This document shows positions 51,113-63,900 of a DNA stretch of 64,000 bases, piece by piece. The notes under the pieces are model-generated. The model was not told the DNA's origin. It saw only the letters and a list, made by a program, of their open reading frames with translations, and did no database searches. The position numbers and the translations under genes are program-made. Positions within the stretch are counted from its first letter, which is position 1, and every line of letters begins with the position of its first letter. Source of the stretch: Mobula hypostoma (Eukaryota); assembly GCF_963921235.1 (NCBI RefSeq), contig NC_086108.1:64730001-64794000 (forward strand), in the 5' to 3' direction.

Positions 51113-53856
51113 AGGGGATGAAGTAAAAAAAATAGGTGGAGCGGAAGAGATAAAGACCTGAAGAAGGAGGAATCTGGTCGGAAGAAAGGGAAGGAAGAGT
51201 GGAACCAACGGGAGGTGAATGGACAGGTGAGAAGAAGAGTAGGTGACTAGAATGTGGAATGGAAAAAGAAAGATGGGGGGGTGGTGGTAGAAATTAATGT
51301 TCAAGCCATCAGGTTGGAGGCTACCCAGGCAGTATATAAGGTGTTGCCTCATCATGGCATTAGAGAAGACTATGGACAAACATCTCAGAATAGGAATGGG
51401 AAGTCAAATTGAAATGGGTGCCTATTGGTATATCCTGCCTGTTGCGGCAGACAGAGCAAGAAGTCTCAATAAAAATAAAACAGTCCCTTAATCTGTGTCC
51501 AGTCTCATTTATGTAGAGGAGGCCTCAACGACCCGAAACATTGACCATTTATTCTCCTCCATAAATGCTGCCTGACTTGCTGAGTTCCTGCAGCATCTTG
51601 TGTGTGTTGCTTAAGATTTCCAGCATCTGCAGAGTCTCTTGTATTTATGATTCGCTGCATTGGATCTGCCAGTTTTTACTTAAGTATTATTCATGGCTGC
51701 CTCTGATCGAATACATGTTTAGTGCTCTCACCCACCTCACTAATCCCCGCTAAGAGAATGGGCAAATGCCAGGTGTACTCTATCCTAGATCCAAAATATT
51801 CACTGGTCAACCACCAACAGTTGGCACAATTTTTAAAGCAAATTTAAGTACCAGAAGGAAATATTGTCTGGTCGGTCAGCAGTATAAATTCTACAATATT
51901 CCAAGTTATCAGCAGCCACCACTTCCCTCCTTGGGACCTCAGCCTCTCCTCCATTTTCCTGGGATATTCCTGCAAATGGGCCAGCTGCCTGTAATAGCAC
52001 TAAAGAAATGAACAGCTCGACCATTTATTACTAATGAGGCTCTTGCTCACTTTGGATCAAATTCAAATCTTTTACTTCTCAGTCAGTGCAATATTGAAGA
52101 TTTGCTGTCATGGTGTGATACACCAAACTTCAGTCACAGCATCACTGTTGACTACCCACTTGGTTTTGCCAATCTTTAAAGATTTATCATCACTGCTTTG
52201 AAGAGGCAAACAACTTTTCCTGGTGCCGTGACCTACTTTTATTCTCAAAATGCACAATCAACTTCATGTTGTTTGTGGGAACATTGAGGCTACCTATAAA
52301 GATATTCTTATTTAATTTGTATGAATTAACATGTTTTTTTCTGAGTGATGTGCTAAGATCATTGATAATGGAGGTAATTGATTTATTGAAATATAAACTC
52401 GACTTATTTTCATTTTTTCCCTATATTTGTTTTACAAAGAATCACTCTTCCATTTCTCTACTGTAGCTGTTGTCTTCAATTTTTTTTGTATTTATAAACT
52501 TTCAATTATTTCCTGGAAAACCAACTAATATATTTAAAATTGAGTGAATCTTAAATAAGGTACTAATGGAAACCGTATTGAGTAGGATTGCACAGTCATT
52601 TCATTCATTTTTATATTTTAAAGCAAACAGCACAGGTTTGAAGATGTGCTGGGGCGTAGGTATCGTAACTCAGTGTCTAAAAATAAATGCAAGATGATGG
52701 CGTACAGTTAAGCTACATTCCTTGTTTGCAAATCAAGCTGCATGGCAATTTTGTGCAGGTTACCTATTAGAATCATTACATTGTCTAGCCAATGCTAAGT
52801 ATGGTATTGATTAGCTGAGGAATCAGCAAAGACAAACACCATGAGTAGCTCACCCCAGTGAAAGCTTGTGTGCTATTGCTAAAAACTGGTTTGTATCTCA
52901 TAGTTAGGACATGTCTTGTGGTTGGAGGTGATACATGTTATACTGAATGTTATAACTGAATCTAATATAGGAAATACGGAAGAGTTGCATAATGTGAGAA
53001 AATGAGAGACTCACGGATTTTTGATATTACTTTGGAAGCCTTGGTAGAGCAATAGAAAGTAAAAGAAGTGATTATTTGCAGGACCAGGACAGTGTCCAGA
53101 TTCATTCAAAAGACACCTGGATTCAGAGCTGTAAGATCAATGCCCTGATGGTGCTCAGATATGGCAGTGCACAATTTGCAATAGCCTCATATGAGAAGTC
53201 AAAGTTGATGAATATTTTTTGAATACATCTATGTTCTACCAGTTTCACATCCAATCTTGCTAAATGTACCTCATTCCATTTGTCAAGTTTCATATCTAAC
53301 ATTAATACTCTCTGCTGCACACTTAGACATTCAGGACAGGAACACATACCCACATTTCGTAGTTTTCACATACTGTTGGCTATTCAAGCAGGCATAGCAG
53401 AGATAGCATATACTGTGATACACCCCTGTCTCTTGGAGAGCAAGCAAGAGCTAATTTGAGGGGAAACGTGTGCTTATCCCTATGGAGTAGATGGAGCGAT
53501 GCATGCAACATTTCTATGGCCTGCTGTGGAGCTAAATCAATTGCAGGTGGTGGTGGTTAACTAATCCTCACCTTCACGTTCTACTACCACCTTTCCCCAT
53601 AGCCTTGTCTGGTTCATATCCAGCAGATACGACAAGCCAAAACCCCCCACAACAATTTCACCAGTCTATCTTGTTCCTTTCGAACCAAGAAGTTCAGCTT
53701 GTCGAGAAAATAAAGGAATAGCAAGGAGGACTGTGATGATGAAGATACAGCAGTACTTAAACAACAGGAATTCTGCAGATGCTGGAAATTCAAGCAACAC
53801 ACATCAAAGTTGCTGGTGAACGCAGCAGGCCAGGCAGCATCTGTAGGAAGAGGTAC

Positions 53857-53892
53857 AGTCGACGTTTCAGGCCGAGACCCTTCGTCAGGACT
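53857..53892 (-). ncRNA. Minimal type I hammerhead ribozyme motif, core intact
   Basis: Minus strand reads AGTC CTGACGA AGGGTCTCGGCCT GAAAC GTC GACT. Confidence 0.8.
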
Positions 53893-54184
53893 AACTGAAG
53901 GAAGAGTTAGTAAGAGATTTGTAAGTGGGGGGGGGGGGAGATCAAAAATGATAGGAGAAGACAGGAGGGGGAGGGATGGAGCCGAGAGCTGGACAGGTGA
54001 TTGGCAAAGGGGATATGAGAGGATCATGGGACAGGAGGTCCAGGGAGAAAGACAAGGGAGGGCGGGAACACAGAGGATGGGCAAGGGGTATAGTCAGAGG
54101 GACAGAGGGAGAAAAAGGAGAGTGAGAGAAAGAATATGTGTATAAAAATAAATAACGGATGGGGTACGAGGGGGAGGTGGGGCA

Positions 54185-54720
54185 TTAGCGGAAGTTAGAG
54201 AAGTGGATGTTCATGCCATCAGGTTGCAGGCTACCCAGACGGATTATAAGGTGTTGTTCCTCCAACCTGAGTGTGGCTTCATCTTTACAGTAGAGGAGGC
54301 CGTGGATAGACATGTCTGAATGGGAATGGGATGTGGAATTAAAATGTGTGGCCACTGGGAGATCCTGCTTTCTCTGGCGGACAGAGCGTAGGTGTTCAGC
54401 AAAGTGGTCTCCCAGTCTGCGTCGGGTCTGGCCAATATATAGAAGGCCACATCGGGAGCACCGGACGCAGTATATCACCCCAGCCGACTCACAGGTGAAG
54501 TGTCGCCTCACCTGGAAGGACTGTCTGGGGCCCTGAATGGTGGTAAGGGAGGAAGTGTAAGGGCATGTGTAGCACTTGTTCCGCTTACAAGGGTAAGTGC
54601 CAGGAGGGAGATCAGTGGGGAAGGATGGGGGGGTTGAAAGGACAAGGGAGTCGCGTAGGGGGTGATCCCTGCGGAAAGCTGGGGGGGGGAGGGAAAGATG
54701 TGCTTAGTGGTGGGATCCCG
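54185..54720 (-). pseudogene. PLE GIY-YIG endonuclease domain, 5'-truncated
   Basis: GTYPCKRNKCYTCP linker; FTCESAGVIYCVRCSRCGLLYIGQTRRRLGDHFAEHL..LEEQHLI..GMN. Confidence 0.92.
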
Positions 54721-55234
54721 TTGCTGAACACCTACGGTCTGTCTGCCAGAGAAAGCAGGATCTCCCAGTGGCCACACATTTTAATTCCACATCCCATTCC
54801 CATTCCGACATGTCTATCCACAACCTCCTCTACTGTAAAGATGAAGCCACACTCAGGTTGGAAGAACAACACCTTATATTCCGTCTGAGTAGCCTCCAAC
54901 CTGATGGCATGAACATCGACTTCTCTAACTTCCGCTAATGCCCCACCTCCCCCTCGTACCCCATCCGTTATTTATTTTTATACACACATTCTTTCTCTCA
55001 CTCTCCTTTTTCCTCCCTCTGTCCCTCTGACTATACCCCTTGCCCATCCTCTGGGTTCCCCCCTTCCCTTGTCTTTCTCCCTGGACTTCCTGTCCCATGA
55101 TCCCCTCATATTCCCTTTGCCAATCACCTGTCCAGCTCTTGGCTCCATCCCTCCTCCTCCTGTCTTCTCCTATCATTTTGGATCTCCCCTTCCCCCTCCC
55201 ACTTTCAAATCTCTTACTAACTCTTCCTTCAGTT

Positions 55235-55270
55235 AGTCCTGACGAAGGGTCTCGGCCTGAAACGTCGACT
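55235..55270 (+). ncRNA. Minimal type I hammerhead ribozyme motif, core intact
   Basis: Stem I AGTC/GACT; CTGACGA 55239-55245; stem II AGG/CCT; GAAA 55259-55262; palindromic ACGT stem III; GTC cleavage triplet 55264-55266. Confidence 0.8.
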
Positions 55271-56486
55271 GTACCTCTTCCTAGAGATGCTGCCTGGCCT
55301 GCTGCATTCACCAGCAACTTTGATGACAGCAGTACTTAACTCTGGTACTGATCTTAGAGGACATTTTAGAATGTAACAAAATGGCAAGATGTTCATGAGG
55401 CACACGTAGTAGGGTATTCTCATCATAATGGACTAGAAATTCACCCTGTGTGTTAAGGAACATAAGACGTACTTTCCTGATGGGCTGAATGTCTTTTACA
55501 CTTGGTTTGATGCACAGAACAATGAGTTGTCAAAGAAGCCCATAGGTTATTTTAGGTTGCTAGCATTGTGGTAGTTGCCTTGCTCTGAGGGTTCCATTGT
55601 GATTGTAGATTTCAAAGATAATTTCACTGAAACCAATCCTCTTTCAAGAAAGGATTTCTCATGCATTTTATTCCAAAAGACTTGTAGCTTAAAGACATAT
55701 CCAGAGTGTGAATACCCTCATAAAATTCAAGCAAAATTTAGAAACAGCCTGTTAGTAATTGTGGATGCCTTTACACAATACTGATGTAAATGGAGGATGC
55801 AGAAAGAAAGAAAACAAAGAAGGAGAAAAATTGCTGGAAATCTAAAACAAACAAAAATGTTGCAAAATATCTCAGCATCGATGAAGAGCGGAAAACTGAG
55901 TTAATCTTGTAGGTTGATATGATAATTCATTGGAAACTGGTCTATTTTGATTCAATCTTGGAAGGCTGGCTATCTGAAATATTTGCCTACTCAGGAGCTG
56001 CAATATTGTTCTTCATGCTTATGTTTGGCTTCATTGGAACAGTGAAAGAAGCCAATGATATAACTCAATGTGGATATGGGATAGAAAATTCTAAAGGGTC
56101 TTTTTCTTCCATGACTTTTTCCCAGCTCATGGCATCTTCCCGCTAAGCTATTGGGAGTACTACAGCTACCCAATTCTTGCTCACCAAATACTTGACCCAA
56201 GTGAACCAGGCCTTCACTTGTACTTCTTCCAATTTAGTGTGATATGTTCAATGCTCATAATGTGGTCTCCTCCCTTAAAGGAGGAAGCAAATACTCTTTG
56301 CTAATCTCTTTATAGTTTAGTCTGCAAGAATGAAGCTTAGGTTCTGGTTTGCCTAGCATTTAACTTCACCATTCCATTCCCATTTTGACCACTCTGTCTT
56401 TGGTCTCTTACACTCTTTGAGTGATTATGCAGAAAGTTTGAAGTTAATAACTTTTGTGGTATTTCTGTTTCAGATAATTGAAAATT

Positions 56487-56549
56487 GCTAGGTTTTCTAA
56501 AATTGACTCCCTTCACCTTAGGCCACGAACTTATCAATCACCCCTGGTA
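56487..56549 (-). mobile_element. Solo mariner-like terminus
   Basis: Minus strand TA-CCAGGGGTGATTGATAAGTTCGTGGCCTAAGG resembles mariner TA-CGAGGGG ends; no partner end found. Confidence 0.5.
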
Positions 56550-56646
56550 TGTCACAACCAATTTGTGTACCTGCTCATTTCATGTACTGGGCAACTGCCT
56601 TGCCCCATTCATGTAATCAGCAGGTACACAAATTGGGTGTGATATA
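56548..56646. repeat. 99-bp hairpin, MITE-like
   Basis: 47-bp arms TATGTCACAACCAATTTGTGTACCTGCT.. and ..AGCAGGTACACAAATTGGGTGTGATATA with 5-nt loop CTGCC; TA at both ends. Confidence 0.85.
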
Positions 56647-56650
56647 TATA

Positions 56651-58271
56651 TCGTAGCTTGTAAAGGTAATTTCTCCAAACTTCCCCTTTTCAACTGCCTC
56701 TTGAGCTTCTAGCGTTTTTGTACCAGGTTGCTCTCTCAGTCCATGCAGTGATCTTATGCTCTATTGGATCAGCTGGTCTGCATAAACAATCGTAGTAGTG
56801 TGTTTCTGTAAACACTCTGACAATAAACCAAGTTCATGCAACATGTCATACATTAGAGCTAAGTCCAATAGAAACTGTTCTGAAGAGAGTCTTTTCAACA
56901 GACCTTCATAGGTTTTTCTGTCACTCCCAGATCTTGTTTCATCCTTCATTGCTTTTTCAAAATGAAAACACAGTGTTTCATAATTTTGCCACACTGCTGA
57001 AACTGTTCGAAACAAGCTAGCTACCCACCTGGTGCCCAGACACGGCCTATTTTGCAAATCTCTTGTTCTCGTTGAGAGGCACATTCAGACAGTTCCTTTT
57101 GATTTAGAGGTGATCTACTGTAAACAGAGTAAAATTTGTCCGTAAATGATTGAAAATGATTTATTCCATGAGCTTCTGTCACCAAATCACCTACTGCAAA
57201 TTCTAACCTGTGGTTAAGACAGTGCCAAATTATCACATCAGGGTAATGTTCTTTGAGAATTGTAGCAACACCAGATTTGACACCAAGCATTAAACTCACC
57301 CCATCACTAGCAAATGCTACAAGGTTCTGTTTCAAGTAAGAGTCATCAAACCCATGGTTATTGAGACATTTCAATAGATGCTTAGCAATAGTTGCAGCTT
57401 TCTGATCAGTCAGTTCAATTAGATTTAAAAACATAAAATGGGGATCATCTTCCTTATCACTCTCACATTTCAAATAAACTTTTGGGCGGTCTTAATGCTC
57501 AGGCTTGTTGATTCATCAACGAGAACAGAAAATTTGCCATTTATCTGCTTGATATGCTGGAAAATTTTCTTTTTCATATTAATGGCTATGTGATTAATTA
57601 TCTCTGTAGCACTAGTCTGGGAATACAGTACAATTCCAATGTCAATACCGTTAATTTTTTGAAGTTCCAATATGCCAATGTGATCAGAGTACGGTCTGTC
57701 ATTCTGACCTAAATAATATGCAGAACGAAAAATTGAACAGGTTGCCTTTAGATGCGAAGCATTCATGGTGTCACATAATTTTCCAAGAGCATCTTCACTA
57801 GCCTTATTTTCAACACATAGAGCAGCAGTGTAAGATTTTGGTAGTTTGTGATCAACATTTTTTTTCTGAGAGACTTCAAGCATGTAGTTTGATCGGCTCC
57901 ATAATAGGATACTTGGTACATCTGCCATTCATTTGACAGCCTCAGACCTCAGTGAAAAGTGTCAGATTGCTTTTGTTTGCAGTTGCACATACTTTACACC
58001 CAAGTTTATCATCCTTGAAGTCTAACCAGGGATAAGTTTCCTTCTTCCACATTTCTTCAGTCCAAGCATCTGAACAGGGATACAAGCCTGACTTCGAAGG
58101 ACCATTACTTTCAGAACTACATTTGGATCCGGTTAGAAAATTTGAACTAGAAGCAGGCGAAACACAGCTTTTGTCACTTTTACTGTTATCAGTCTCTTGT
58201 ACGTTATGCTTGTTACACCCCTCAGCTTGTTTACGACAGAAAGAAGTTAGCATTATTTGCTTAGAAGCCAT
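56651..58271 (-). pseudogene. hAT transposase (KIAA1586/ZNF862-like), frameshifted
   Basis: YPWL..LGCKVC (TTF-type Zn finger), FSVLVDEST (D1), AFASDG (D2), WHCLNHRL (CxxH), GTRW. C-terminal E and dimerisation domain missing. Confidence 0.9.
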
Positions 58272-59573
58272 AGGGTTGTTAGTGAGAAAAATTTACTTTT
58301 GTATTAGTGAGTAATCCACGGACCACCACAGGTGTAGCCTTACTAATATGACTGAGTCAGAGCAGACAGCAGGGCCCGCGGTTTTCCTAAGCAGGTATAA
58401 AAATAACAGAAATAAAGCAAATAAGCTTTTTATACCTTTAGCCACCTAATTTGGAACCAAGTAATTAAGTATGAAAAAAGAACGTCTAATGAACATTTGC
58501 TAAAGCCACGAATATTGCTGAATATTAGTATCAAAAGCAGTAGGTTGGTAACTCTGCCTTGTACCGTTTCTCTCACAGAAATGGTTGGACAGGAAGTGTA
58601 ACTGTGAGTGTCAATACTCACAATATCCTCACACGTCGGGTAATACATGGTTAGACCAATACAGATCCTGTTTAGTCTTTAAATATATAAGAAGTTAAAG
58701 AAGCTTGAATCCTTACATAAATTATTATCGTATCTATACGAATAAAAAATATCGTATTTTGGAAGTGACAAATGTTAACGGGGAGGAGAGCAACGATTTG
58801 GGAGGTTTGGAAATGTGTTTCGTCTCGTTCATTGCTGCACTAAATTACTCTTTTTCTTATCAACACAAAGAGAAAAAGAGCCTCTTTCCAATCAACTATA
58901 GTTGGTGGAGCTCAGCCAAGGGGTTGATCCGCTATTAATGATAGTTGAAATGACGTAAAACTAGTTTCTAGCCTAGAAATGTTTTTTTTCCCCATTTGAT
59001 TTGTAAAAAAAACTAAATTCACTTTATCTAGGTGTAGAAGAGGATTTTGGATGATTACCTTGAATATTTCATCAAAATCAGGCCGAAGATAAGTGAGCAG
59101 TGAATTTTTCTTTCATTATTTTCGACTTCTAACTTTGGGTTTTGATGTTCATTCTTCATATAGCTCCTACCTGGATTTCAATGATACCCATTGGAAAGAG
59201 CAAAAAAATGCTCACACTTGTGTACAGTCGTCCCTCACCTGGAGAGAGACTGAAGATCTGTGAAATAGTGGGAGGCTACAGCAGGGTATGCTGGGAAAAC
59301 AACAATTCGAGCGAGGACGAATTTCACAAATATCTAAATACTAAACAGTCACAGCTCCAGGATTTCACCAAAAACGATCAAATATCCTATCCTAATGTTA
59401 TTAGTGGTATTTTCCTCACCAGCCGCCACCCCCTCTCCCCAACCCCTGCTTCTGTAAAATTCCCTCTATTTAATATACGGCCACTGTTAAATTCCCCGCT
59501 TGTTTATTTTGACTTTTTTTTACAGAGGTGCCGGAACGGTGCTCCGGTGAGCTCCGACAGCACTGCACCCCTA
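56651..59573 (-). mobile_element. hAT DNA transposon, 3'-truncated
   Basis: Terminus TAGGGGTGCAGTGCTGTCGGAGCTCACCGGAGCACCGTTCCGGCACC at 59573 on the minus strand; transposase downstream; second end absent. Confidence 0.8.
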
Positions 59574-59714
59574 CCATATACTTACATCTCCTCTAGATAG
59601 ATCAGTCTTAACTCACTTGTCTTCATTGCCTTCTTTCAGGCAGCACCAGCCAACAATAGACATCCACTTTAATCTTTCCATTGTGCCCCAATCTTTGCAG
59701 CTTAAAACATGTGG

Positions 59715-59832
59715 AGTTTCAAGCTTTGCCTAGTTATGCTGAAAGGTCACCAGTCTGAAGTGTTTAACATTTTTTTCTCCACAGATGCTGCTTGGCCTTT
59801 TGGGAATATCTGGCATTTTCAGTTTTGTTTCT
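59715..59832 (+). mobile_element. Very old PLE 3' end
   Basis: ATGCTGAAAGGTCACCAGTCTGAAGTGTTTAAC..CCACAGATGCTGCTTGGCC resembles the hammerhead region and tail. Confidence 0.45.
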
Positions 59833-62800
59833 GTCAGAGGCCAATAGCTGGAGCATCAAGAAACAGAATGGCAATACTGGTGTCAGAACAGCATTGCACA
59901 CTGATTGATATCATGATCTCCCTGCTCTGCATACTTCTGGCAGACATATGCTGTGCATAAATTAATATCCACTCTTATATGACATTTAGCATGAAATTTC
60001 CCACATGTATGAGTATGTTGTGAATACTATTTGGGAGCTCGAAGGGCTCCAAAGAAAGAGTGCAAGCAATGCCACTTCCTTGGCTGATTTCTTTTTAACT
60101 TGAATGCATAAAATTAATTGTCTACTTTGTTTTTCTTGGCTCTTTCATTACCCTGTCACCCTCAGGTTTTCCTGTAGGTGCTGCTAATTATTTCAGGATT
60201 GAATGACTTGGCAGGCTGGTTTCTACTGTTTTGACCCTTCAGCATGCGGCCCACTGCAGTGGACCAGAGAAGGAAGGATGCATAACTTCCCTCCTTAAAT
60301 TCTCTCATGCTCGACATTGCCTGCAGTTTTTTTCAAAGGCAAAGTACAGAATGCCTAGATATAAGATTTCTATGGCACCACATAAAACAAAACAGTCAAG
60401 TTCTTCCTAGTATTTTGCCCAGTGTTAACCCCTAATCAGCATCAGTGAAAGGAAATATCTGGTTATTATCAGGTACAAAATGTGCTGAAGTATTTTGGAA
60501 CAAGTTATACAATGTATTGTACAGTGCACGTTATCTCATGGCTGGCTTTTTATAAACTATTTTATAGAAATATTTAAATCAGTGGTACAAAAAATTACAA
60601 AATAAATTTCAATACAAAAAAGAAAGTCAAGCAGATGTAAAAAGTGTTATTGCCTATTGTGATTGGCAAGTTGAAGCCATTGTGATATGCTAACTTCACT
60701 TCTATCCTTTTACTCTTCCACAAGCATTAATTGCTTTTCCAGTTCTACACAAGGAATATAAAATGATGGTTTACATTAATGGTCACATTCAATTCAAGTT
60801 TGAGACTATGATCTCTTCTAAAATGTGAAGCTAGGATAGTGAAAAAGTGACCCATCGGTTGTGTCAGCTGAGAAACATGGTGAAGGGAAACTGAAGGAGG
60901 AGGATAATTTCCCTGTGAGCTCTTGTTGTCTCCCTACATCTACAAAGGGATTGCATCTTACTGGTTATCTTAGCTATGAATTTAATCTTACCATCAGGAG
61001 ATGGACAACAGTGACATATTTCAATCTGTACTATTTTTATTTCAAGACCATTTTTGGCCTCAATGCAATGCCGGCTTTAGTGTATTCTGTTATCTCTTCA
61101 TAGTATAAATGCAGTGAGGCTCCATAGTGCTTTAAAATAATTAACTTTAAAATGTTATGGAAAGGGAAAGGCTTCAGCTTGTGCTTTGGAATCTATACCT
61201 GCTTGTTTTCTTGGAGATATCCACATTGACAGAAATGTTGTATATCCTTTTAATATATTTTTAAAACACTTTTTGTGCACAAATGTTCATAGTTTGCTTT
61301 GACTGGCTTTCCAGATAAACATCATTCAGCTGCAAGATGAGAATATGATAATTTTAATATACAATTCTTGTGTATGTTATATCAAAATCTGAACATCCAT
61401 CCTAGTATAACAACATTAAGGATAGCAGATGTGTCAAAGATTCTTACTAAAAATAACATTACATCCAATTTATTTACCACAGCATAAATACCTAGGCTAA
61501 GAAGTTTCTAATGCAGTGTTAACCACTGTAATGAAAGTTTTAAACTTGCTATAAAAATTACACTAATTGAAAAGCCTTGGTTTTAGGTTAATTGTGATGA
61601 TTCAGGAAGTGTTGCAATACAGCCTCTCATAAAGCAAACAAATCATCCTTTAAGTTGTAACATTAATATAAAAATGTTCTGAATTACTGCATATAATATT
61701 ACAGATACAATTCCCATTCATGAGGGAGTATCTCTTTAACAATATTTCTTTGGCAAATAAAGAAATGTCAACAAAACAGTTTTAAAAAAGGCTCTAGATG
61801 CTTTTGCAGATAATACTTATGATGTTTCATGGCTTGGCAATAACCATGGGATTCCTTTGAGGCTTTTTGCCAGAAGCTATGAAGGGTTTGAGGTAGACTG
61901 CCAGAATGAGTCACTGCTCACTTTTTTCATAATGTCACTCTGCCAAGGCCTTGGACCCTTTCTATTTTCATTCTTTGTGGGCTTTCCTTCCCACAACAGT
62001 GTGGTTTTGCTTTAGCCAGCTGAATGCTTATTTCATGGTAGGTGCTATTGCTTTCAAATGAAATCCTTCCACAATCAGCCCACAGTAATTGTTACAGTGT
62101 TTATCAAATCAGAAATTGCTTCAGAATGATTGAAAACAAAAATTAATTGTGGTTTGGCCTGGTATAAGGGTCAATGCTACCATCTTTGATTAATTTTGGA
62201 GTTGCTTATTTTTCTTGTATTGTTCATTGTCCTGTTGTATTTACCCAGAAGTGGGACATATTAGATGGTAACAAAATATGCCTCCATGATGTTTCTGTGA
62301 ATTTCCACCAAGGAGTTTTAAATGCTACTAAGGACTAAGAAAAAGCTCTACTTTGATACTCGCACAAATTTTATAGCTTCATCATGTACCCATTACAAAT
62401 TCCCTTTTGTTTAATGATACTTTCCCTTCACTGATCTGTGAAAATAATCAAAAGATAGTTCTGGATTCTAAAGCCTGAGCTAGAAATTTTTATTACAATT
62501 GTAATACAATAAACATTTTTTTCTCAGCAAATGAAGTCTTTTCAATTTGCACAGTAAGTCAAAGGTTCAAAAATTTTGTCTGTCTTCGCAAGGTTCACCT
62601 CTTAGATATATGACATCTGTATTTTTAACCTTTATTCAACCAATTTTTTCCTGGTGAATAAATAGAAAAATACACTTCATACATCTCTCGAGAGCTAATT
62701 TCCAGATACTCCATTCAGTGTACTTCCCCAACCTCTACTTTTTTTTTAAAGAAGATTTATTAGTGGGGGTGACACAGAATGGAGGCATAATGAACTGTGA

Positions 62801-62859
62801 ACTCTTTCCAGATTATTTTTTTCCGAAGTCAATCACTATCCCCCTCAGAATGTCAGCTG

Positions 62860-63900
62860 AAATTTAATAGTAAGACGTGAAATGTACATTTTGGCATGAA
62901 GAATGTGAGGAGATGATTTAGAGAGCACACTTCTAAAAGTGGTATAAGAACAGAGAGATCTGGGAGTATACGTATGTAGTGCATGTTATTATTTCTTCCT
63001 TTTTGTATTTACACTGTTTGCTGTCTTGCACACTGGATGAACACCCAAGTCGTTTGGTCTTTCTTTGATTCTGTTAGAGTTAATATTCTATTATGGATGT
63101 GTTGAGTAAAACCACAAGAAAATGAACCTCAGGGTTGTATATGGTAACATATATGTACTTTGATAATAAATTTACTTTGAACTTTGAATGTGGCAGGATA
63201 GGTGGAGAAAGTAGTTAAAATATATGGGATCTTGAATTGTATGAAAAGAGGTACAGAATGTAAGAGCAAGGAATCTTAGTGAAACACTGACTTGGCCACT
63301 GCTATAGTACCCTGTTCTCTGTGATTCACTTTAGGAAAAATGGAAAGGGTGCAAAGAGATTTACCAAAATGATTTATGGGAGTAGAGATTTTAGTTATTT
63401 GGGTAAACAGGAGAAGCTAAGATAGTTATGCTTGGGATAAAGGAGCTTATGTGGGTATTTGATACGATTATTTAAATTTCTAAAGGTTTGGAGGTTCAGA
63501 TAATAAAGAATTATCAGGTCACATCCAAAAAATCTGAGATATGGATTAAAAATTCACTTGTACAAAATTTATGTGTAAAATCTTGTGACATAGCATGACA
63601 GATAAGTCACAATACGAAATGTAACTCCTCATATCATAGCAGCTGCTTGTATAGACAGGATGGAATGAAAGAAGGAGAGATAGAATGAAGGTGAAAGACA
63701 AAACTGATACGAGGAAGAGTTACATTGCCAGGAGTAGCTGTGGAGATGAATTCAGTTGTAGCATTTAGAAGGGAGATGGATAAGTATCCGAAATGAAAGA
63801 ATTTGCAGAAGTATGGGGGAAGGACTGGAACCATGTAGCTTGCTATGAGATAGAGCTAGTATCTATGACAGGGCAAATAGGTTCCTTCAGAGCTGTAACT
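62860..63900 (+). mobile_element. Old CR1 3' half with an inserted Rex1-like tail (62980-63188)
   Basis: Decayed RT C-terminus (QRDLGV.., RVQRDLPKMI-like); the inserted tail ends AATAAATTTACTTTGAACTTTGAA. Confidence 0.6.

Larger units (their letters stand above)
53761..55325. mobile_element. Young fold-back PLE insertion: minus arm 53761-54720, plus arm 54721-55325
   Basis: Perfect 14-bp TSD ACAGCAGTACTTAA at 53747-53760 and 55326-55339; inverted arms; intact hammerhead motif in each arm. Confidence 0.95.

Noticed and set aside
59142..59600. 152-aa plus-strand ORF
   Set aside because: Antisense to the hAT 5' non-coding end and runs through its terminus; no recognisable domain.
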